Below, one piece after another: positions 52,590 through 64,000 of a stretch of DNA of 64,000 nucleotides. Numbering within the stretch: position 1 is the stretch's first letter; every line of letters starts with the position of its first letter. This DNA is from Mobula hypostoma. Its lineage: Eukaryota. The position numbers and the translations under genes were made by a program. Below the pieces are notes generated by a model. The model was not told the origin of the DNA. It did not search any database and saw nothing but the letters and a program-made list of their open reading frames with translations. The stretch spans positions 122,822,001-122,886,000 of the forward strand of contig NC_086103.1 of NCBI RefSeq assembly GCF_963921235.1, written 5' to 3'.

Positions 52590-55397
52590 CAAAATTGAGG
52601 AACTGAGGGTAAGACTGCTGTATCAAAGAGAAATGAGGGATTGTTGTGTTCAATGTCTGAACAAGACAGCATACCAGATACAGTGATCAGACCAGAAGGT
52701 TTCTCAGTTTACAGAATGGATTGAACTGCTGATTTGGAAAACACAAAAGATGGAGGTGCGTGTTTCATGATAAATCCTTGGTGTGTTCTGATCTGGTAGT
52801 TTTGTCAAACTCGTGTTCCCCAACCTTGAACACCTGAATGTCAAATGCTGTCTATTCCATTTACCTGGAGAGTTCTCCTCTGTAATCTTGACTGCAGCTT
52901 ACATACCACCAAGGGCCGATGATAATCAAGCACTCATGACATTGCATGATGCCGTCTCCAGATAAGAAACAGTTTATCCCAACGCATTTCAAATCAGTCA
53001 GGGACTTCAACCAGGCTTGCTTGGAAAAACCCAGCTCAATTATGATCAGTATATAACCTAAAGCAACAGAGGTCCAAAAACACTTGAACACCGTTATACT
53101 AAGATAAGGAATGCCTATTGTTCCATGCCCAGACCACATTTTGGTAAATTTGATCATTTGACTGTCCTTCTCCTACCTGCATACAGGCAGAGACCAAACA
53201 GCAAAGTTCCAGAGATTAGGACAAACAAAGAGCTGGCCGTGGGAGGCAAAGAGCAGATATGGAATTGCTTTGAGTCAGTGGTCTGCATTACGTTCAAGGA
53301 CTCATCTGTGGATCTGAGTGAACACACTATAGTTGTCATGGACTTCATTAACACAGTTGTAGATAAGTGTGTTCCCACAAAATCATTCGGTTTTCCCCTG
53401 GATGAACATGAGTTCCGCAATCTGCTGAGGGCCAGATCAGAGGCATTCCAGTCTAGTGACCAACTATGTTACAAGAGGTCCAGGTACCTCTGGGAAGCAA
53501 TCTCATGGGTGAATTGGCAATTCCAGACTAAATCTGAAACAATGAAGGATGTTTGACTGTTGAAGGAATTGAATATGATCACATCTTATAAAGTTAAACA
53601 AAGCGAAATAGGTGATAACAGGTCTTTGCTTCCAGATGAGCTCAATGCCTTTTATGCTTGCTTTGACTGTCAAAACATGGAGGAACCATCATGAACTCCC
53701 ACAGCCACCGATAATCCTGAGGCCAACATGCGAACAGCCTTTAGGAGGATAAACCCATGAAAAGCATCCAGCCCAGATGGGGTACCTGGCCAAGTACTAA
53801 AGACCTATTCTGGAGTGTTCACTGAGGTCTTTAACATCACGCTTCAGCAGTCTGAGGTTCACACCTGATTCAAGCAGGCTTTAACTATACCAGTGCCTAC
53901 TAAAAACGTGGTAATCTGCCTCAATGACTGTCATCCAATAGCACTAACACCCAGTGATGAACAACACACACAAAATGAGGAACTCAGCAGGCCAGTCAGC
54001 ATCTATAGAAAAGAGTGCAGTTAATGTTTTGGGCCGAGACCCTTCAGCAGGACTCTGACTCCACAGTGATTGAGTGTTTTAAGAGGTCGGTGATGAAGCC
54101 TGAGAAGCAACTTAAATCCATTCCAGTTTGCCTCCCAGAGCAACTGGTCCACAGCAAATGCTATCTCACTGGCTGATTCCTGGAACATCTAGGCAACAAA
54201 GATGCATACCTCTGGATGCTCTTTATCGACTACAGCTCAGTATTCAATACCATCATCTCCTCAAAACTAATCAATAAACTTCAAGACCTTGGTCTCAATA
54301 CCTCCCCATGCAATTGGATCCTTGATTTTCTCACTTGCAGATGCCTGTCAGTTCAGATTGGCAACAACATCTCCTCCACTGTCTCCATCAGCACGAATGC
54401 ACCATAAGGCTGTGTGCGCAGCACCCTGGTCTGTTCACTTCACACGTATGACTGTGGCTAAGCACAGCTCCAATACCATATTCAAGTTTGGCCATTGGCA
54501 TAGGCCAATTCAAAGGTGGTGATGAATCAGTCGAGTGGTGCCATAACAACAACATTTTACTGAATGTCAGCAAGACCAAGGAGCTGATTATTGACTACAA
54601 GGAAACCAGAGGTCCAAGAGCCAGTCTTCATCGGAGGATCAGAGACAGAGAGTTAGTCCTCGGTGTTATTATTTCAGAGGACCTGCTCTGGGCCAGCACA
54701 CAAGTACCATTCTGAAGAAAGCACAGCAGTGCCCCCACTTCCTTAGGAGTTTCAGTTTGACCTCTAAAACCTTGACAAACTTCTATATATGTGTAGTGGA
54801 GAGTATATTGACTGACTGCATCAGAGCTTGATAGGGAAACACCAATGCCCTTGAATGAAAAACCCAACGAAAAGCAGTGGATATGGTCCAGTCCATCATG
54901 GGTAAAGCCTTCCCCACCATTGACAACATCTACATAAAGCATTGTTGCAGGAAAGCAGCATCCATCACCAGAGTGCCCCACCACCTAGGATATGCTCTCT
55001 TCTCGCTGCTACCATCAGAAAGAAGGTACATGAGCCTTTGGACCCACACCAGGTTCAGTAATTAATATTACCTGTCAACCATCAGGCTCTTAAATGAAAG
55101 GGTATAACTTCACTTCATCATTGAAATGTTCTCACATCCCATGGACTCACTTTCAAAGACTCTTCATCTCATGTTCTCATTATTTGTTGCTTATTAATTT
55201 ATGATTTCTTTTTTCTTTTGTATTTGCACAGTTTTTGTCTTTTGCACCTGGTTGAATGCCTAATTTGGTGGGGGTTTTCATTGATTCTATCATGGTTATT
55301 ATTCTATTACGGACTTATTCAGTATGCCCACAAGAAAACGAATCTGAGTGTTGTATATGGTGACATACGTATTTTGATAACAAATTTAGTTTGAACT
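52590..55397 (+). mobile_element. Decayed Rex1/Babar LINE in EED intron 7
   Basis: [34 protein letters not shown] and LNVSKTKELIID motifs. Confidence 0.85.
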
Positions 55398-56222
55398 ATT
55401 CCTTGTAGGATCTTGCTGTATGGTTCCATAGTTCCCTATATAAAATCAGTGACCCTCAATGGAAGTATTTTTTTACTTCACACTCCTCCTCGCTGAGAAG
55501 AAGGAATTTTTCCACCTTCGATTATCAATTCATTTTAGAACACAATTTCACTTGAATTTGCTACATTACCGATGACCATTATTTTGCATTGGCAAGTTGT
55601 TTGAACCAGCTTTCCCAATAACCCACTTAATTACATCTTGCCATATGTTTCAGAAGTAACATTGTTTATCCTCAAACCAGGCTACATTCTGGTGATTTTG
55701 TTCCATTTGGCAAATATAATTAGCATTCTTTGTACAAACCTTCTAGCTAATTTTGAATGTCATTCCACCATCCTAGCACTACCTCAACCTACAACTAAGC
55801 AACATTCGTTCAGAGATAAACAAATCTCCAAGCAGCATCTTTTAATTGCACCTCTACTACTCCAACAAGCATACAGTATTTCCATGTTCTCACACTTTCT
55901 AGTCATGCCCCATTTAAATGCCTTACCAAAATGCCATGGCAAGGGAAAACACATGTTTAAAAAAACAGAACATCTTGCAATAAGTAGCATTTAGAAATCA
56001 GACAAAACAATGATCTCAAGATGATCTAATCATTAACAAATGCAAACTCCAGAGCATCTCTTTATCATTCAATACAGTTTATGTTTTGTTTCCATAGGAG
56101 TCTAGGCTGTGCCAAAAACTCATGTCTTTTCTACACAGATATACAAATAAATATTTAGACAAATCCTTAATAAATTTTAAGTTACCAACAGAAGCTAAAT
56201 ATTACAATGGCATAAAACATCA

Positions 56223-56423
<201 letters not shown>

Positions 56424-57139
56424 TTATATGTCTTAACAAAACATGCAAAAATTTTCCAAACAATGTTATTGTAATCTACAATTGTGAAGCATATTTAATC
56501 TTGCATCAGATAATATAATTTCTATTTTGTGAATGTAATACTTCGCAAGGCCTTCAAATTAAGATGCCCAAATGCAAGAACTGATGCAGAAGAAATTATT
56601 TTATTTTAAAAATACAGTAGCAGAAAATAGGATGAAATAGAGGAAAACACTTACAGTGCATATGGAACCTAATACAAGTGCCCTGAATCATTGAGAAGTG
56701 CACTCTAGTTTTTTTTAATAACTAAAATCTCCTTACAAAACATAGTTTACTTACTGTAAGCTTATACTTAAAGATGCAAATGGACAAGATTGAAAACATT
56801 ATTTCTTCAATATAATTTTAGAAACCATTCACATAAAAACTATTTTCCATTTATTCTTTTCCAAATCAATTTTCCCTTCCCCTTGCCACAATTACACCAA
56901 CATTTTAGACCTTCTACAGCTATCAGCAGGCAGATTACTGCAGAAACAATTCAGTGCAAATAGATATAATACCCAATTCCCGACTTAATATTCAAGTCTA
57001 TATCCAGATTCAGCAGCATTACTGAAACTGCAAATAGCAAACGAAATAAATTTCAGATATAATATTAATTCCACCGTTGTACAGGGCACAATAAAATTTA
57101 AAACAGAGCTAGTTTATAAACTAGCTATCTGCCAGTTAC

Positions 57140-57221
57140 CTTTGCTTACAGAAAGAAGAAGATTTGGCTCTCTTGGGTGGAATTTCAGCTCATTGATGGC
57201 ATTACCATGTCCAACATAATG
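57140..57221 (-). CDS. EED: EED exon 6 ([27 protein letters not shown])
   Basis: Manual translation; 82 nt; TAG/GTAACT. Confidence 0.97.
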
Positions 57222-57299
57222 CTATAATCAATAAAGAGGGAAGGCAGCCATGTCAATTTCATTTACATGAATAATAATTACTTCTTAAAAGTAAAAACC

Positions 57300-58110
57300 T
57301 GTGGGTGGAGCTAAGGAGACAATGGTTCCTTTGTTTGCATCTTCCGAAACAGCTCTATTTCTATTTTTAATATCTCTATTTTTCCCTTTCAGGGTACTTT
57401 TGAAGACCCTGACCTGGAGTTACATGCTGACTTTGGTTCTTTACGGGAATGGGACCTGCGCTTAGGGTCTCATGACTGGCTGTTATTCAATATACCAAGG
57501 ACATGGCCTAGAAAATTAGCTCACCTTTGGAGTACAGGATTTCGTGGCTCTGGAGGCAGGTGGACACGTGGTTGGTACCTCTGCAGGGAACCTGTGTGTC
57601 GTGGGAGACAGAAGATCAAAAGCAGCAAGCTGGCTGCTGGCTGTATGCCCAGAGACTCGAGTTCTTAGGGCACAGAGCTTGGAAAAAGCAACGCAACTGA
57701 CTTTTAACATCGTAATTCAGCAAGTTGTTATGTCTCCCCTCTTGCGTGAAACGAAGACACCTCTTTTTCCCTCATCAGGGAGAGACAGAGAGAAAACCTG
57801 TGGTATGTCCAATTACTGGGTGAACTAGTCGTCCTTGGAGTTCTGCAAGTCTGTGTCTTTATTGATGCTTTGCTACAAGTTTGAGTGCTCAGTGTGGGGC
57901 GCCGATGCTCTTTTTGCTGAGGGAGGGGGGAATCATTGCTTTGCTGCTGCTAATGCGTGGGAGGGGGGAGCTGGGGGGGGGAGCTTTGGTGTTCTAACAT
58001 TTAACTGTCATTCATTCTTTGGGGCACTCCTCTGTTTTCGTGGATGGTTGCGAACAGCATGTATATTGTATATATTTCTCTGACATTAAACGTGCTTTGA
58101 AACCTTTGAA
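57300..58110 (+). mobile_element. Non-autonomous retroelement in EED intron 5
   Basis: GC-richer block ending in ATTAAA..TTTGAAACCTTTGAAA tail. Confidence 0.55.
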
Positions 58111-59307
58111 ATAATAATAGCCTACTCTTTTTAAAACAGCAACTTAATAAACTAAAAATAAGCTGTTTGCAGGTGCACCAAAAAGTTTACAAATTGATTT
58201 CTAAGGCTTTCTGGAAATAAAATTGACTTCCCAAATGAAATATCAGGCATCACAATTGTCTCTTCATCCGACATCAAAAATAGCATTACTGAAAGCCACG
58301 CTATGACCTATTTATTCATTCCCTTCAAAATTACAAATGTTCTGATCAACCTGAAAGTGGAAAATGTCCAATGATTTTATAACTTCCTGCAGAATTTTTA
58401 TTCAAGTTTTAGCATTTCAAATTAAATTTGTTTGTAAATTAGTGAAGGAATAAATGACATCTGATCAGGGAAAGGTACTTTGAAAATGTTTTTGTTACAA
58501 CATTTAATCTTCCTGGCTTATGGATGAGCAGTTAAGACACCCTTCCCTCATTAAATTGTTAATCCCTATACTCTACATAAATTACAACATTTCACAGAAA
58601 GTCCAGTGACTTCAGTAGATCAAGACTGCTGGAAAAGGCATAAGAGACTTCAGATGTTGGCATCTGGAGCCAAAAATAAGCTGGAGGAATGCAATATCTT
58701 TGGAGGGAAAGGAATAGCTGATGTTTGCATCAGGCTGACAATGAGAAAAGGAAATAACCAGTATAAAGGGGCGAGGAAAGGCTATGGCAGGAACGGGGAA
58801 GCAACTGGTGAATCCACATACAGAGAGATTTAAGGTCCGATGGAACCAAGTAAGGGTGGAAGGGGTACAGAGAGCAATATGTAATTTATAACCTTATCAG
58901 GTTCTGCTCACCACCATCAGATATCAGAACTCCATAATCTGCAGCACTTTGTTGTCTCCACTATCATCTCCCTCAGATCATTCAAGTCCCTAGAGTTTGT
59001 AGAATTGTCCTCAGTGTTACCATAAATGTTGCACCATTTTATGGCCAACATTTGATAGCCAAATTTACCACTGTAACATCAATAAGGCTCTAACTTAAAG
59101 GTATACCTTTAACTAAGAAAATTATGAAATCTCTCTTAAAAAGGCATCACTATTATTTGAAACATCAAACAATCCTGTTTGATTTAAAATCTGCTATACT
59201 TGAAAAGAAAAACTCATATTTAATTAAAGCAATTTTAAAAAAGTAAAGAGCATAAATTTTACTGCACTAGTACAGATATTCAGTGGGATAAAAAATCATT
59301 AACATTA

Positions 59308-60140
<833 letters not shown>

Positions 60141-60381
60141 CTAGTCCAACAAAAAAGAAAGAATTAGAATATATAGATCAAGCAACATTGCAGTAGGTCA
60201 GTTACATGGAATTGCCGCTGGCTGTTCAATTACCTGGGTCAGACATGAAGTGACTATCTCACTTGGCATTCTATGCACCAAGGATGATGCAGTGTAGAGG
60301 CTTATTTCCAAAGCATTCAACAGCCATCAAAATGGGAAGTGCAGGATATGCCAACTCAAAACCTCTGAATGATTTTTAATT

Positions 60382-63300
60382 CAGTGGATTCTGGTTAATT
60401 GAACCAATCGGTTAATCAGGGCAGAAGCCTATTTGAGACAACTCTTAAAAGAATAAAATAATTCAGAAATTGGCTGAGATTTTTTCTCAGCAATCAGCGC
60501 AAAAGGTTGTTCACTGGTGACACAGCACGAGGTTTGAAAAAAGCTCAGGTGCTTTTCGGCTTTTATCTCCGTGAATGGCAACCAATGCAAGAGGTCACTC
60601 GTTGGTGATGCAAAGAGAGGTTTGAAAAGACTTCGGATCCATTTCGTTTTTTTTATTTCGGTAGGCAGCAATCACCATAGGGCAAAAAAAGAGAGGTGTA
60701 AGCAAAGTGGCCATTGTGTGAGCAGAGCATGGCTAGGGTGGTCCAGCTTTGGCTCAACAGGCTTGGGCAAGCATAGGCAAGTATGAAAGTTTCTAGTTTT
60801 GTTTAAATGTTAGTACATAGCTTGTGCGCTGAGAATGGATTCAGAGATAGTGGTATGTTCCTTGTGGGAAATTTGGGAGATCTCCAGTTTCCCTGATAAC
60901 TACATCTGCATGAAGTCCATCGAGCTGAAGCGCTGAGAAACTGTTGAGGAAGTGGAGCTGCAGCTTGTATGGGAGAATGAGGTGGTGATAGACAGGAGCT
61001 ACAGGGAGGTAGTCACCCCTAAGTTGCAGGACACAGGTCCCTGCATTACTGGTAGGAGAGGGAAAGGGAATACACAGCCAGTGCTGAGTATCCCTGTGGC
61101 TATTCCCTTCCATACTAAACATACAGCTTTGGATACAGTTGTGGGCAATGACTTGCCATGGGGAAGTTGCAATGAACAGATCTCTGTCAATAAGTCTAGC
61201 TCTGTGGGTTGGTGGACGGGGGAAGAGGAGTGCAGCATTGACAGGGAATTCCATAACAAGAGGAGCAGAAAGCAGATTCTGTGGACATGAAAGAGACATC
61301 CAGATGGTATGTTGCCTCCCAGGTGCCAGTGTCAGGATCAGGTCCACAGGGTTCTAAAGGGGGAGGGTGAACAGTTGGAATTCTAAAGGGGGAGGGTGTA
61401 CATATTACTACTGACAACATAGGTAGGAAAAGGGAGGTCGTCCTGAAAAGAGAATATTGGGAGTTAGGCAGAAAATTAAAAAGCTGGACGTACAGGGTAG
61501 TAATCTCTGAATTGCTGCCTGTGCCACGTGCCAGGAAGGGTAAGAAAAGGATGATTTTGCAGATGAATGCATGGCTGAAGAATTGGTGCAGGGGGCATGG
61601 TTTCAGATCTCTAGATCTTTGGGATCTCATCTAGGGAAGGTATGACTTGTACACAAGGAATGGGTTACACCTGAACCTGAGGGGCAGCAATATCCTTCCA
61701 GGGAGGTTTGCTAGAGTTTTTTGGGAGGGTTTAAACTAATTTGGCAGGGGGATGGGAACTGGAGTGATTGGGCTGAGGATGCAGCAGTTGGTACACAAGT
61801 AGAAACAGTGTGTCGTGAGATTGTGGGTAAGGACGGGCAGTTGATAGGGCAAAATTGCAGTCAGTGGGATGAATTAAAGTGTGATAGGGGCCAAAATCAA
61901 AAGGGTGATGAATATAGTACTGAAGGTGTTATATTTGAATGCAAGTAGTACACGGGAATAAGGTAGGTGATCTTGTAGTACAGTTATAGAGATTAGCAGG
62001 TATGGTGCTGTGGGCATCCTGAAGACACGGCTGAAAAGAGATCATAATTGGGAGCTTAACATCCAAGGATACTTATTGTACTGAAAGTACAAGCAGATAG
62101 GCAGACGGGGTGGGATGACTCTATTGGGAAAAAGAAACACGAAATCAAATACTTAGAAAAAGGTGACATAAGATCGGAAGAGTAAAAAGACCCTAATGGG
62201 AGTTATATACAAACCTCTGAACTGTAGCCAGCTCATGGGCTACAGGTTACAAGAGAAGATAGAAAAGGCATGCAAAATGGGCAATGTTGTGATAATCATG
62301 GGGGATTTCAATAAGCAGATAGATTGGGAAAATCCAGTTGGTGGAATTTGTAGAATGCTGAGGTTGCTTTTTAGAGCAGTTTGTGGTTGAGCTTCCACTA
62401 TGGGAACGGCAATTCTGGATTAGGTTATGTAATGACCCAGATTTTTTTAGGAAGCTTAAGGTAAAGGAATCCTAAGGAGGTAGTGATCATGATAGAATTC
62501 CCCCGGCAGTTAAAGAAAGAGCAGCTAACATTAGATGTATCAGTATTACAGTGGAATAAAGGGAATTACAGAGGCATGAGAGAGGAGCTGGCCAAAGTTG
62601 ATTGTAAGGGGACACTAGCATGGATAATGGCAGAACAGCAACCATTGGTGTTTCTGGGTAAAATTTGGAAGGTACAGAAACGATACACCACAAAATTGAA
62701 GGATTCTAAATGGAGGATGAGGCAACCGTGGCTGACAAGGGAAGTCAAAGACAGCATAAAAGCAAAGGAGAGAGCACATAATATAGCAAAAATTATTGGG
62801 AAGGTGGAGGATTAGGAAGCTTTTAACAATCAACAGAAGGCAACCAAAAAAAAGCAAATAGAAAAAAGATGAAATAGGAAGGTAAGCTAGTCAATAATAT
62901 AAAAGAGACGAAAGGTATGTCCATTGAACAGAGATAAAGGAAAATTCCTTTTGCCAGAAGATGGTGATTCTGTGGAATTCTTCACCACAGACAAATCATT
63001 GGGTATACTTGAGGTGGTGGTTAATAGGTTTTCAATTAATCAGGGCGTGAAAGGTTATGGAGAAAATTCAGGAGAATGAGGTTAAGGGGGACAATAAATC
63101 AGCTATGATGGAATGGTAGAGCAGACTTGATGAGCGGAATGGCCTAACTCTACACCAGTTCTAATGGTATCATGGATTCCCTTTGTTTATTTGGGACACT
63201 ATGCCACCTAATTGGGGCAAGAAACTGTTGAACAGTTTCTAACTAGCTCCAGTCATGTGCACAAGCAAGCCCATTAGAAACTACACCGTGCTTTGGGCAA

Positions 63301-63870
63301 ATAATTTTTAAGATAGCATCAGCTGCATGTGTTTATCTTCAAAAAGCAGCAATCTTTGTCATTGACAGTTGGCAAGAAATAAGCAGCAGGATAATTCAGA
63401 ACTGTTTTGCTCATTGCAGTTTCAAGCATTCAGGTTTGGAGATGCCAGACACAGGAGTGAAAATTAAACAATTCATTACTCAACAGGTTAGAAATTATGA
63501 AGTATTTGAACATCTTGAATGTTACAATTAAAAAGAAGAATTGGAGGATGCAATCGTCGACAGCATTGTATTGAAGCAGTTCATTATCTGCAGTAGATGT
63601 CTGCACTGATTTTCTTCATTTATACTCAAAAGAATGTGATGCGGATGAATTTCTCCATCGATAACTAACTAATAAACAGTCTTATAGTACTGTAACATTG
63701 GTAGTGTTTTGATTTGTTCTTTATTTCATTTAAGTACACAATTTGTTATTCAGTTTGTCATTTTTATACCTTTTTAACTATTTCCATGAAACTTTGGTTA
63801 ATTGGGGCAACTGCTTAATTGGGCCAAAATGCACCAGTTCTGATATGAGCCAATTGACTGGAGTCCAATG
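60382..63870. mobile_element. Tigger/pogo-like DNA element split by a CR1
   Basis: TIR-like CAGTGGATTCTGGTTAATTG / CAATTGACTGGAGTCCAATG. Confidence 0.6.
60650..63170 (+). mobile_element. CR1 LINE (ORF1 esterase, ORF2 endonuclease, internal deletion, 3' end)
   Basis: MVCCLPGASV; GVIYKP..MGDFNKQIDW; QPWLTREVK. Confidence 0.85.
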
Positions 63871-64000
63871 TTTTTTTTAAATCAACATTTCCATGCTATT
63901 AAAACTGAACTAAAGAACATTTTAAAAACTAAATTAACTTAATAAATTTAAACCGAACTAAAGTTGTTTTAAAAGCACATAACTTTCCGTGATGCCTCCA

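Noticed and set aside
60141-64000. EED exons 2-3
   Set aside because: No DDAVSIESG or EDHNQPLFGVQFN-like coding seen here or on + in 18640-44400 by eye; tblastn is needed to be certain.

Overview
Vertebrate nuclear DNA, most likely a cartilaginous fish (inferred from V-SINE/HE1-like and Deu-SINE remnants, CR1, Rex1/Babar, L1/Tx1 and Penelope-derived palindromes). It is AT-rich and mostly transposon debris. It holds a complete 5-exon HIKESHI (C11orf73) gene on the minus strand (CDS 16275->6939, 197 aa) and EED exons 4-12 on the minus strand (60140->44408), with a U12-type intron 4. The main anomaly is an intact EED coding exon 1 with its own CpG island on the PLUS strand (18547-18639). It lies head-to-head with HIKESHI, beyond the 3' end of the other EED exons and opposite to them. 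EED exons 2-3 were not found. Other points of note are a perfect heat-shock element and a uORF upstream of HIKESHI, a family of palindromic elements with a minimal hammerhead ribozyme (one copy with an intact core), and nested TE clusters at 21-42 kb. All identifications were made by eye from remembered orthologues; no searches were run, and TE boundaries are approximate.
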